A stretch of 64,000 nucleotides of DNA from Sphyrna mokarran (Eukaryota). A program made the position numbers and the translations under genes. Position 1 is the first letter of the stretch. Each line of letters begins with the position of its first letter. The notes beneath the pieces are model-generated. The model searched no databases. It saw only the letters and a program-made list of their open reading frames with translations, and was not told the origin of the DNA. Shown here piece by piece: positions 24,758-37,712 of the stretch. Location: assembly GCA_024679065.1 (NCBI GenBank), contig JAGIQG010000001.1, positions 154,442,001 through 154,506,000 of the forward strand. The letters are read 5' to 3'.

Positions 24758-25649
24758 CTGGACAATTGGATTGCTATGAGAACCATCTGACGAAGCAATT
24801 TAAATTGCTAATGCTGAGTGTTTCTGCCAGTTTTAAACTCAGTTACTCCAAAAGGTAGGAAACAAAATCACTTCTGACTTAACTACTTTAAACCCAGACA
24901 GAGTCCTGCCATTGGAGTTCCCCTAGTGTCTGACTCTAAACGTCTAAATCCCCAGCCCAACATCCCATTTAGTTACCTTAGGAACTTGCCTTCTCCCATT
25001 CAATAGGACCTGAAACTCACCTGCTCTATGGCAATGTCGTAAAAAGGTAGATTGGTGGAGGAAGGGTGGTAGGGAATGCTTCACTCAGCTCCTTTTGCAC
25101 TTCGCCCCAAGAGCCACGAACATGCTTTGCTTTTTCACAATCAACTAGCCTGAGTCAGGAAGGTTGGGCAGAAAGGCATTTTACAATTTAAGAGCAGATA
25201 CATCAATCTACTTCTGATTGGCCAGACTGGCCAATGTGTTAGGCATTAGATAGAGTTTTATTCCTTTGGCAGCATCTGTGGAAAGAAACAAAGTTAATGT
25301 ATCAGATTAATGACCTTTCACACGGGTTCTGATAAAAGATCATCGTCCTGAAGCATTAATTCTTGCATCGAACTCTCAGATGCTGCCAAGTCTGGTGAGT
25401 AGTTCCAGCATTTTTTAAAAATTCCCTACATCATATTTCCTCGATTTATAAGTGTTTTCAGGCTGGATGGTGTAAATTCACAGAGGGGGTGGAATGGGTT
25501 AATTCCAGGTCCCTTGTGTTGGTAACTAAGTGGGGATGGAGGATTGGAGTTGTATGTGGCATGCTGAGGGTGTGGGGAAATGGTAGATAACTTGCCTTCA
25601 TTGTCAAAGATAATGATCTATGACTTTCTGATCTTGTCAATTAAGCCAT

Positions 25650-26348
25650 CATGTGGAAATGCAAGCGTTGGACATGGGTAAGCATAGTAAGAAGTCTCTC
25701 AACACTAGGTTAAAGTCCAGCAGGTTTACTTGGCAGCACTAGCTTTTGGAGTCTCGGGCTCGGGCAGGTGAGTGAGGACTTGCGTTCTCAAACGAGTCAT
25801 ATAAAGACACAAACTCAATTTACAAAATAATGGTTAGAATGCAAGTCTTTACAAGTAATTGTCTTAAGGGTACAGTCAATGTGAGTGGAGAGAGGGTTAG
25901 GCACAAGTTAAAGAGATGTGTATTGTCCCTAGCCACGACAGTTAGTGAGGTTTTGCAAGCCCAGGCAAATTGTGAAGGTTACAGATAGTGTGTGTCAATA
26001 TGCACGATCTTCTTGGAGATCCTCTCCACTTGGGGCCACGCTATCTGTAAACCTCATGACTTGCCTGGGCTTGCAAAATCTCACCAACTGCCTTGGCTGG
26101 AGACAATACACATTCCTTTAAGCTGTGCTTAGCCCTCTCTCCACACACATTGTTTGTATCTTTAATACTTGATTATTTGTAAAGACTCGCATTCCAACCA
26201 TTATCTTGTAAATTGAGTATGTGTCTGTATATGATCTGTTTGAGAACAGCCCGCTCTCACCTGATGAAGGAGTCTGAGATTCCAAAAGCAAGTGCTGCCA
26301 AATAAACCTTGGATTTTAACCTGGTGTTGAGACTTCTTACCATGCTTG
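25650..26348. mobile_element. Penelope-like element as an inverted pair of terminal repeats
   Basis: ~25680-25992 is the diverged reverse complement of ~26037-26348; hammerhead-like core ctgatgaagg...tccaaaag at ~26261-26288. Confidence 0.8.
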
Positions 26349-26379
26349 TCAGCTAACACAAGAAAATTAGGATGGTAAG

Positions 26380-28385
26380 GAGGAATGATAAAAAGAAATA
26401 GTAAAATATTCTACACATTCTTAAACATCAAAAGAAAGGTGAAAGGGCCACTGCAATGCTTGTGCTAAACTAAACTGATAATAACACTGAAAAGACAGAA
26501 ATATTAACAGAAAATGCTGGAAAAACTCAGCAGGTCTGGCAGTGTCTGTGGCGAGTAAGAGTTAACATTTTGTAGAATCTTGGACAGATCACTTGGATCT
26601 GTCTACAGGTGCTCCAGTGGTTCTGCAGAAGGGTCATTTAGATCCAGAACATTAACACTTGTTCTGTCTCCACAAATACAACCAGGTCTCCTGACTTCAT
26701 CCAGCATTTTCTGTTTTTAGTTCAGAATTTTCAGCATCTGCTATATTTTGCTTTTATTGCAGAAATAATATGATAGTTTCCCTGAATATAGAGATAAAAT
26801 AACTAACACTGGACATGACATTAGAAGATAGAGCATGTAGAGACATTTAAGATAGAAAGGTGGGGGGAATAATTGATGAACTGATTAAACCCCTGGGTCA
26901 AATGGATTGTATCAGCGCATATTTTGAAGAGATACCGGAGGCACTATTACAACTGATAGAAAATTCATTAGGAAAGGGGACGGTGTCAGACGGCCAGTGG
27001 ACAGCTGAAGTGATTCCTGTGTATGTCAGTCCTGGACAGTAGAATGAGTCCAGAGAAACATAGACACATTAGTTGTCTAAGAAAGACAGTAGAATCTCAT
27101 GAAATATGTGATAGAGCACCTAGAAACTGAAAATATAAGAATAGTCAGTACAGATTCCAAAAGGGGAAGGTCATGCTTGACCTATCTGACTTCTAAATTA
27201 TTTGAAAAATATTGAAAATAGTTCAATGAAAGCATTCGAGAGTGTTTTGTGGATAGGGGAAAGGCACAAAGTCATAATGTTCATTTTTGAAGAGCCAGCG
27301 GAGACATTGTGGGCTAAGTGCCCTCCTGCGCCATAACCATTCTGTGACGTAATGTATTTGGATCTGGGAGGAAACAGTTTTGAAGAAATATTGCACGGTA
27401 AACCCTGATGAAAGTCAGAGCACATCGAGTCGGGGGAAATGTAGCAGAACAGATAGCAGGCTGTATTTAAACAGAAAACCAATAGTAGAGGGTAAGAGAC
27501 CTACTTAATAACAATTGACAAGGTTACGTTCCACAGGGATTGATGCTGAGACCACTGCTGTTCATCACTCATCTAAACAATTAGAGGTTTGGGATTGGAA
27601 GTAAAGTTTCAAAATGAGCTGCCGATATCAAATTAGTGGGTATAATTGATACAGAAGAGAACTGTGACAAAATACTGGAAGATATTAATAAACATGAAAA
27701 ATGGCCATTTAATTGGCGAATTAACTTCAATATAGATAAATGTGAAGGGATACATTTTTGTTATGAAGAATAAAGAGACCACATTATCATTGGACAGGAT
27801 CAAAGTGAGAAATCTAAAAATAATGAGGCAGATTAATAAGGCAATTTAAAACAAAGTACTCGTGTTACTTTATAGAACTGAAAAGCAGATAAGTATATCT
27901 GGAATCGTGGTTAGACTACACTTGGGAGTACTGTGAACAACTGATATACCTCAAAAAGGATATAGAGATGATCGAGCAAGTTCGAGAAAGATTTACGAGA
28001 ATGATACCAGATTTAAAAACTATACCCATCAGCAAGGTTGAATTGGAGCTCTTTTCTGTAGAAGAGAAAAGATTGAGGCACAGCCAGACAGAGCTCTTCA
28101 AGGTTAAGTAAGGACTTGATCGGGTATATGTAGAGAAGATATTTCCACGTGCGATAGTCATTAATAAATCCAAAAAGGAATTGAGAAGAAATCTATTTAC
28201 CCACGGTGGTAAGAATGTGGAACTGATGAGGTGAATAGCATGGATGTTATCAAGGGGAAACTAGATATGCATATGAGGAAGAAAGAAATAGATTTTATAT
28301 GTTGATGCAGTTAGATGAAGAGGGATGAGAGGGAGCCATTGTGAAGCATAGACGTGCACGGAACTACTAAGCTATTTCTGTGCTC
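26380..28385 (+). mobile_element. Old degraded CR1 LINE, with an inverted-pair Penelope-type insert at ~26507-26760
   Basis: Remnants aagggaaggtcatgcttgacc, gttccacagggattgatgctg, ggttagactacacttgggagtactgtg, and 3' tail. Confidence 0.75.
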
Positions 28386-29124
28386 CAAATGTGTAGTGAT
28401 ACTTCAAGTTGTGGACTGTTCGTAAAACTGCAAAGTTAATTTCATGATGCATTTAGTGGGTGTAGAAAATAACACATGGGCTACTTTTTCCTTAATTAAC
28501 TGTCTTATTCTCTACTGACACAGATGTTTCTCTTTTTCAAGACTACTTATTGATCAAGTCTTAGAGTACTCAAATTCCAAGCTGCTGATTTTAAGTATTT
28601 TTGCTTCCCTTATTGATTCAGTGTCTGATAGTAGGATTCCAGTTGGAACTGACCACTCTGCTAGTGGAACAGACACTGTTTAGGACCCCTGTTTCAGATC
28701 TCTCCCTCCTATTGTGGAAGTGAGCAGTGTGATTCCATATGGGCTGGCCAAGCTGTACTCCTGCTTGCACCCACAAGTGAATGATCCTACCCTAAGCAAT
28801 TTGTGTACTTTGGGTTTTCAGTTTCCAGTACAGTTCCCAGTGAATCCACACTTATCTTGAACTTTTCGCTCAAAGCAAACACTAATTGTCACCTTGTCAC
28901 TTGCGTACATTCTCCCAAGAGATTTCTCTAATCTGCCCGCTAATGCAGTTGCTCAGATTGTGGCAATCATGGTGGACAAGTAACTCTACTGTAGGTAAGA
29001 CTTAAAGAATGCCCATCACAAAGGAAGAGATTGACTTCAAGCTTAAGAATATAAGAATCAGAAGCAGAAGTCTGTAACAAGACCCTAGAGCTTACTTCAT
29101 TTCTATTTTTTTAAAAAAACCCTT

Positions 29125-30390
29125 ATCACAGAATTGTTATAGTTCAGAAGGAGGCTATACAACTCACTGTCTGCCCTGGCTTTCCAAATGAACATTATGA
29201 CTTAGTGCCATTTTCCTGGCTTTTCTCTATAACTCTGCACATTGTTTCTATTTCAATCATCCAATGCCCTCTTGAATACTTCAATGGAATCTGCCTGCAC
29301 CACATTTCAAGGCAGTGCATTTCAGACCCAAAACACTTGTATGAAAAAAAAATTTCTCACGTCATATTTGCTTCCTATCACTTTAAATCTCTGCCCACTT
29401 TGTCCTCAATCCCTTTCAGGAGGGGAAACAGTTTCTCTCTATCTACTCTGTCCAGCCCCCTCATGATTTTGAACATTTTTATCAAATCTCCTCTCCAAGG
29501 AGAACAGTCTCAACTTTCCAATCTATCCTCATAACTGAAGTTAACCTTTCTTGTAAACCTCTTCTAAACTCTCCAATGCATTCACATCAATCTAAAGTGT
29601 GCACCCAGGACTGTATGCAAACTCCAGTTGAGGCCTAATAATTACAAATTCAGCATAATCTCTTTGCTCTTGCACTCTTATGTCTCTATTAATAAAGCCT
29701 AGGATAATGTATGTTTTATTAATTGCTCTCCACCTGTCCTGTCGCCTTTAATGATTTATGCACATATACAGCTCTTGCACCTCTTATTTTATACTGCCTC
29801 TCCATGTTCTTTTAACTGAAATGAATTGCTTCTTACTTCTTTGCATAGAACTTCATCTGCTGCCTGTCTGTCTACTTCATCAAACTTTCTATATCCTTTT
29901 AAAGTTCTACACAGTTTACAATGCTTCTAAGGTTTGTATCATCTGCAAACTTTGAGACTGTCCTCTGCACACCAAGATCTTGTTCATTAATATCAGGAAA
30001 AGTAAAGGCCTCAATATCTGTCCTTGCGGAACTCCACTACAAACCCTCTTCCAACCTGACCAGTACTGTGATACACAATTGGCTAAGTAAATGAAACAAT
30101 GTTCCTACTGTTCCTTTTATTCCATGAGCCATAACCTTTCTCCAGTCTATTGCGCGGCACTATATTAAATGCTTCTTTGAAAGCCCATTCAACAGTAATA
30201 CCATAATTGACCTGTTACTTCTGCAAAAACTCTGCCAAGTTAGTTAAATTCTATCTTCCCTGTATCTGTGTGACTATTAACTCTATTCCAAATAATTGTT
30301 TGTACTAGCTTACCACCCCTGATCAAAGTTAAACTGATTTTGATCTATAATTGCTGGGCTTACTTAATCCCCGGCTTAAAAAAGGTTGTA
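29125..30390 (-). mobile_element. CR1 LINE fragment
   Basis: Reverse-strand CR1 3' tail at ~29130 and RT-region remnants. Confidence 0.75.
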
Positions 30391-30695
30391 ATGTGTACCT
30401 GTCTCTTTTCCACACTGTTGGACTTAGATAATTCATGAAAAAATATTGATTCAAGTTCTCTTCTGTGTTATTTGGAAAAGTATTAGTTAGCTCAGTTGGC
30501 TAGATGATGCAGGTTGGTACAGAATATTGACTATCAGGCTGAGTTAGGTTTTGAAATCTACTTTCTTTCCTTACCCTGTGATGATATCGTGGTATAAGCT
30601 AACCATTGCACAATAAGGATGCTGGAGGGGGAGAATGATAGTGAAACAGTCAGTGTTCACCATCAGTGTTCTGCTGAAACATAAAGCAACTTCTG

Positions 30696-30818
30696 GGGTG
30701 GAATTTTACCATCCCGCCCAGCTGGGAATTGTAGCAGGTAGGACATAGACCATACAAAGGTCTGTTGACATTGAGATTTCCCAGTCTTGGGACGAGTGCG
30801 GCTAGAAAATCCTGCCCC
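30696..30818. mobile_element. Short MITE-like element with terminal inverted repeats
   Basis: ggggtggaatttt ... aaaatcctgcccc; related partial copy at ~8980-9056. Confidence 0.5.
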
Positions 30819-31397
30819 TGGAGTTTTGATATGTGCAGTTAAATGCAGAAATCCAGCAGTTATAGTCAGTTATGTTTTGCTATATAGAGTGCGCTGTTAA
30901 AGACTCTGCAGTCTACAGTTTGAGAACTTTTATACGATTAACATCAGTGTAACAATTTTGAAAATGTTACATATTGTTGACTGAGGTATATTTGGGTTTT
31001 CAATGTTGTACTAAAGTTCACAATTGTTGCTGAGAAATCTCCCTGGCCCTGAAAAACTAATTTTATATTTACAGAATATTAAAATTTCATCAAATCCACA
31101 TTTATAAACTGATGTTTTAAAAGTTTGTTTACATCTCAGTTTCAATCTTAAACCCATGTTTATATCCTGAACATTTATTCTGAACTTTAAATTTTTAATT
31201 AAAACTGAAGGATAATCTGTTCATTAAACTTCCTGGTTTGATATCTGTGAGTTTCCTTCAATGTGATTGGCAGCTTACCCTGCTTGATGATGTGACTTAC
31301 CTGGAGATGCCCTTGACTTGGTGCCAGATTCAGACAAACTCTGGGAAAACTCTTGCTCATTGGTGAGCAACGTCACTTCATCACTGACCACAAAATC

Positions 31398-31902
31398 CAT
31401 GGAGATGCCGGCTTTGGACTAGAGCAAACACACTAAGAAGTCTCACAACACCAGTTGAAGTCCAGCAGGCTTATTTGATAATAAATGCTGCAAGCTTTCA
31501 GAACGTTGTTCCTTCATCGGATGATTAGAGTTCTGATCAGAAACAGGACATATAAAGGCACACATAGTTTACAGAATACTGATTAGAATGCAAGTCTTTA
31601 CAGCTAATCTTGAATTAGCCTTAAAGCTGTAGACAGTGTGAGTGGAGATAATATTAAGCATAGGTTAAAGAGATGTGTATTGTCTCTAGACAGGACAGTA
31701 AGTGAGATGTTGCAAGTTCAGGCAAGTCATGGGGGTTACAGATAATGTGACATGAACCCAAGGTCCCAGTTGAGGCCATCCTTGTATGTGTGGAACTTGG
31801 CTATCAATTTCTGCTCAGCAACTCTGCATTGTCGTATGTTGTGAAGGCCACCTTGTCAAACGTTTACCCGAAGATCAGAGGCTGAATAACCGTGACTGCT
31901 GG
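31398..31902 (-). mobile_element. Penelope-like element 3' part with GIY-YIG endonuclease C-terminus
   Basis: Reverse strand SSHGYSASDLRVNV*QGGLHNIRQCRVAEQKLIAKFHTYKDGLNWDLGFMSHY; same terminal repeat as 25650. Confidence 0.82.
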
Positions 31903-32772
31903 CGAACACAAGTAGAACTTTTAAGGAAGGTAGCAATAGTACAGCAATGAAGAGTTTTTAAAAAATAATAAAAATAACCAACATGTGAGAGGGTCAGTGA
32001 GTGGTTGCATGTGTATGTGGTGATAAGAGTGAGAGAGAAACCTGAGATGTGGCATAAGACTCACACTCAGCCACTCGCTCAGTCATGGCACCTTCTCTTC
32101 CTGCGGCCCGCCAAACTTTGCTCTCCTGGGGCCTGGCAAAATTTTGCCCTCCCTGGGCTTCAGGTCAAATTTATTTAGCTCTTTGGCAGTAGCTTTGCCA
32201 TTGCTTTGCTTCCCTTGGCCCAGCAGCCAATGCTGGTGGCCCTCGCCAATGCTGGTGTTCGCTGCTCCTGCAATCAAAGAATGTTTCTCTCCCACATCTG
32301 CTGCTGATAGGTGAGCTAGCTCACCTATCAGAAGCAAAATCACAAGATTATACCATGATTGGAGGAGCAGCTCCAAGAAGATTCTTCCATTGAAACTCTT
32401 TGACTAGCGTTTTGAAAACTGATAGCACAAGATGGGCTTTGCAGGCATTTGGCTCCTGTGCCATACCTGGAACAAGCCTGGTTTAGTCAGAAGAAGGAAT
32501 TGGATAAAATTAGTATGACTAGAAAATAGTCCTGGAGAAATTGATGGGACTGAGAAGCAATAAATATCCAGGGTCTGATAATCTGTACCCCAAGGTTTTA
32601 AAGGAGAGAGCCATGGAAATAATGGATGTGTTGATTTTCATATTCCAAAATTGACTAGATTCTGAAACATTCTCTGCACGTTGTGGGTGGGAATGTAACC
32701 TCCTTTTTTTAAAAAAGAGAGGGAGAAAACAGAATTACAAACTGATTCACAAAAAAAAGTGGTAGGGAAAAT

Positions 32773-33090
32773 AGAACAAAGAACAAAACAGCACAGGAAA
32801 CAGGCCCTTCGGCTTAATGAGCCCACACCGCCACCTCGATGTTCACACTTCTATCTATGATCCCTGTCTATGTTTATAGATCTATACGTTGAAACCAAAT
32901 TTGAGACAATTTAGGGAGAATTTGTTCTGCCAATCAGCCTAAGAGCACATCTTTGGGATGTAGGAGGAAACCGGAGCACCCGGAGAAAACACACGCAAGC
33001 ACAGGAAGAATGCGCAAACTCCCACAGACACAGGCCCAAATCCATGTATCTGCACAGCACAGCGATAGTCACTGAGCTGTTGTGTTGCCC
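32773..33090 (-). mobile_element. V-SINE variant with atypical head (copy 3), inserted in a CR1 remnant
   Basis: Reverse complement aligns end to end with 22056-22380. Confidence 0.88.
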
Positions 33091-33419
33091 TTCAAGAAAT
33101 ATGGACTAATAATATTAACATGTATGACTTTATGAAAATAATTCTAAAGAACGTCATTCTCTATACATGAAACACGGTCATTACCCATCAAAAGTTGGTA
33201 GATTACAAAACCGCCGATTCAAATTGATTGAAAAGTCTCATTTCAGGCTTTATCAATGGCAAAAGCATTTATGTTTATTTCCAGTACCAGTTGTACAGCA
33301 GATTTTACTTTAATAAGACATTTATAATGTATACCTGTTAAGGTATTACAAGAGGTAATGTGGGTCTAACTCACATATATCTTTCATCCTCCTCAGAGTG
33401 AAAGATTCATGACATCCAA

Positions 33420-33724
33420 TCCCTAAAGCACAGAAGGAGGAGGATACTTTGGCCCAACAAGCCTGCATTGACCGCAATTCCACCCAGATCCTATCCTAAT
33501 AACCCCACATGTCTACCCTCCTAGTCTCCCGACACTCGGGGACAATTTAGCATAGCCAATCAACCTAATCCGTACATCTTTGCATTGTGAGAAGCAACCA
33601 GAAACCCACGCAAAGACGGGGAGAACATGCAAATTCACACAGACAATCACAGGAGATTGGAAATGAACCCAGATTCCTGGCACTCTGTGGCAGCAGTACA
33701 AACCAGTGTGTCACCATACTGCCC
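33420..33724 (-). mobile_element. V-SINE, CR1-type tail
   Basis: Head, core and tail motifs. Confidence 0.8.
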
Positions 33725-34749
33725 CATGACATGATGAAGAACAAAGCACAAGAACAGTTACTGGTTCCTTTGTAAATATGCATCATTCTCTAAAACCCAA
33801 GTAAAGTTCCTCTTGACTGCTCAATACAAGCCAAGTGAAGAGGGTCTGTTACTCTCGCATCAATAATCCCAATGCAATTTAAACTTGCAATGCTGCAATA
33901 CAAACCCTTTTGAACAACCTTTGAACACCCCTCTCTCAAGCAGTCAATGAGGTAACCATGCTAATGAATCCTCCCACTCCTAACAGCTGTCAATTCAATA
34001 AAAATCTGAGGAAAGTGGGGAGGAACTTAAGCCAGGAATTAATATTTTCACCAAAACAGAAAATACTAAAAAATCTCAGCAGGTCAGACCAGCATCTGTG
34101 GAAAGAGAACAGAGTTACTGTTAAAGTCTGGATGACCCTTTGTCAAAGCTGTTTTTAATATTAACATATTAAAAATTAATAGTTTGAATCTTCCTCCACA
34201 TGGATACATGAAAACACAGTCAATTCCTTAATCACCCCCCCCCACCCCATCTCAGATGAAATATGAGTTATCACTCCATGATAAAGTGGTTTCTGTGCCT
34301 TTTCTACCTCAGTAACCACAGCCCACCTGCCTAACCAATCCCCATCTCTTGCTCTGCTCTCCTTCCCTGCCTTGTTATAATTGTCCACTCACTTTCAAAA
34401 CTGCTTGGATAGAATTTTGCATTTAATCTTCACTCGCACATACAATGTCACAAAATACCAGCTAATATTTTAAGGATAATTTATACAATATATTTGTAAT
34501 ACATACTTATCACATACTATAAATAAGTTACTAGATATATACATATCACCTATATTTTTATCCTCAAATATAATAGCCTAAGCCAAAGAGAGTGTCTCAG
34601 CAAAATAGATTTTCCATAAACATAGTATGCATAAATAGCATAAAAATGGGTCAGTTCAGGATTAGAAGTCCCTGTGAATGACAGACACAAAGTACATGAT
34701 GAATAGCTGCTTTCAGAAGATTTTGTACCTCCCAACATGCTAGAATCTA

Positions 34750-35070
34750 TAAGATAACGACACGTTTAAAAAATATCAATAGGATTAGACAAAACAAACA
34801 TTGATTTATGAAAGGGAAATTATGTTTGCAAAACGTACTGAAGTTTTTGAAGATGTAACTAGTAGAATAGATGAGGGCGAACAAGTGGATGTTGTGTATT
34901 TGGATATTCAGAAAGCTTTTGACAAAGACCCACTTAAGAGAGTAGTGTGTAAAATTAAAGTGCATGGGATTGAGGATGATATATTGGCATAGATTGATAG
35001 TAGACAAGAAACGGAGTCAGAATTATTGGGTCTTTTTTGAAGTGATAGGCAGTGAACAGTTTGCTACATA
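34750..35070 (+). mobile_element. CR1 RT fragment
   Basis: FEDVTSRIDEGEQVDVVYLDIQKAFDK. Confidence 0.8.
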
Positions 35071-35640
35071 GTTTCGCATCTGGCAGCTTGTAAATCTTGT
35101 AAAACAAACTGACATTGAGCCATATAAGGACAGATGACCAAATATTTGATCTTTCTAAGGTATAGGTTTTAAGGAATGTCTTAAAGGAAGGTAAATTGAG
35201 AGAAGGAACCTTGAGACTCATGCAGTTGAAGGCTTTGCTGCAAATAATGGACCAAGTGAGATCAGCAGAGAATTATTGTACTGGAAGAGGTTACAGAGTT
35301 GGAGAAGGATTTGAAAATCCAAAATTGAGGCTTTGCTGAACTGGGATCCAATGGGAGTCAGTAAGGAAATGGATAATAGTGAACAGAACTTTTAAAACTC
35401 TGTTACCCATTTCCTAATTCATAAATGAGGTTAAATTACAGATGGAGAAAGTTGGGGGGCCAACCATGAAAATTTTGGAATTATTGATTCTGGAGATAGG
35501 TTAACGAAGACATGGCATTTAGTTAAGATGTTCATTGAAACTGAATTTGTTTCTGAAAGACGTGCATGGACAATTTAAACAATGTTGCCTGCAAATCTGA
35601 TCAACTGATGATATTTAATATCCTTCTTTCTCTATAACAG

Positions 35641-35722
35641 GTCCAGTTTACACTTTCGACAAGTCCACCTCTTTTTGCATTTCTACAGATTGTCTCCTTC
35701 CTGATCCTTATGAAAATGAGAG
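35641..35722 (+). CDS. SETD7: SETD7 exon 5: GPVYTFDKSTSFCISTDCLLPDPYENE|R
   Basis: Acceptor taacag, weak donor gttatt, 82 nt; absent from the ORF track. Confidence 0.96.
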
Positions 35723-36457
35723 GTTATTCAAATTTTTTCTCTTCATAAACCAGTTTTTATTTTTAAATGTTAATTATTTATAGTAAAAAAAAATCATGTT
35801 TCGCCTTCTCGTGAGTGACGCTGCTGTTGGTATAAAATAATTGCTCGGATTCTGAAAATAGAAGTATACTGAATTTGTAAGAGTTAAAAACAGCAAGGGA
35901 AAGGAAGTGCTGTAGGCCCATTTTTGAGCTTGAAATGGGAGCATGCATCCCAATCTGAAGGGCAAAGAACTCTTAAGGTTGGCCCAGAATTGGGCCTGAT
36001 CAACTTTTGTCTGAGTAAGTTACTGGTAACTGTTACACTATCACAGACAACTCATTCATTTAATAAAGATCAAGCCACACAGAACAGAATGTGGGCTAAT
36101 TCCTAATTATTCACATGCGCAGTAACTGCTCTGGAGCATTTCTGCTCCTGACTCCATGTCAGATTTAAAACAAAGCTTGTCTTATTGTTACTAGCCTCTT
36201 AGAGAATGAGTCCATGTCTGGAAAACCTGAACAGATCAAGCTCAACATTTCTTTTGCTCAGGGCTGTCCTGATTTCCATAGGAATCCTAAAATCTGTATT
36301 GATCCCTCCATTAGCACATGCTAAAGGCCTAGTCTTTGTTTTGGGCTGTCATTCCCCACCTTGACCCACCACCCCCCGCCCCCCACAGATGCCCTATTTT
36401 TTTTAAAATCCAATTTTGGGATAGATGTCTTTTTGTTGGTCTGTGAGGTTGAGATAT

Positions 36458-36826
36458 TAGTGGCACAGTGGTTAGCACTGCTGTCCCACAGAGCCATGGA
36501 CCTGGGTTCAATTCCGGCCTTGGATCACTGTCTGTGTGAAGTTTGCAAGTTCCCCCGCTCCCTGTGTGGGTTTCCTATGGGTGCTCCAATTTGCTCCCGC
36601 TGTCCAAAAGACATGCTGGTTAGGTGCATTAGTTATGCTAAATTCTCCCTCTGTGACCCAAACAGGCACAGAGTGTGGCGACTAGGGGATTGTCACAATA
36701 ACTTAATTGCAGTGTTAATGTAAGCCTACTTGTGATACTAATAGGACTGGCTGTGATTATTGTTGGTGCAGGCTTGACGGGCAGAATGGCCACCTCTTGC
36801 ATTGTAGGGAATTCTATGATTTTATG
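36458..36826 (+). mobile_element. V-SINE with L2-type tail followed directly by a CR1-type tail
   Basis: ...aatgtaagcctacttgtgatactaata then ggactgg...gaatggccacctcttgcattgtagggaattctatgat. Confidence 0.85.
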
Positions 36827-37444
36827 ATTTCAAAATTGGCCTTTGGTGTGAGTTTTAAGATGGGCGCATGAGAAACAATATCTATCCCCCCAAACACTGG
36901 AAGTACACATTTGAAAAGAAAAAAGAGGGGCCTTGCACCAAACATTAAGTAGGCTTTTTAACATTTTCAGATATAAATGGACACTGTATATTTCCAGCAC
37001 TTTTTGATTTTATTTCAGAAATACAGCATTTTGTTTTCTTTCTGAATGTATTTGTCTTTGAAGACTGTTTTTGAGAGTGGGGAAGGTGATGGGCTTCTTT
37101 CCTTCTTTGATCAGTCTTGGTTTTTCCCGGGCTGTTTTCTAGTGGATTCTTTTTCAAATGTCTGTGGTTTTCTTTGAGGCATAATTCCTTTCATGTCTTG
37201 TTTGTCTGCTGCAAATATTGGGTTAGTTTGACTTCCCTTTGCTCTATCAGCTCCACTCTACGTTGTGTTTCAGGTGGAACTTATTCGACTTATCACTAAA
37301 ATATATTGAAACTCTTGACTTGGGTTTTATTTATAAAAATTCTTTCCAATCAGTGATCTGCAGTAACACCCACTTTCTTGTTAAAGTTACTTAATTGTGG
37401 TTTACTAGTTTTTAATAGATCATTCTCATTTAAATTAGTATTTT

Positions 37445-37712
37445 AAGTTTATTTACTATTGTCAAAAATAAGCTTACATTAACACTGCAATGAAGTTACT
37501 TTGAAAATCCCCTAGTCAGCAACTGTTTGGCTTCATCGAGGGAGAATTTAGTGAGGCTAATGCATCTAATCAGCACATCTTTCGGACTGTGGAAGGAAAC
37601 CGGAGCAACCCACGCAGACACAGGGAGAACATGCAGTCTCTGCACAGAAAGTGACCCGAGCCAGGAATTGAACCCGCTGGCGCTGTGAGGCAGCAGTGCT
37701 TGCCATTGTGCT
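37445..37712 (-). mobile_element. V-SINE, L2-type tail
   Basis: Head, core and tail motifs. Confidence 0.85.

Noticed and set aside
32083-32376. 97-aa minus ORF with hydrophobic N-terminus
   Set aside because: Non-ATG start, no recognisable family, antisense within an intron.
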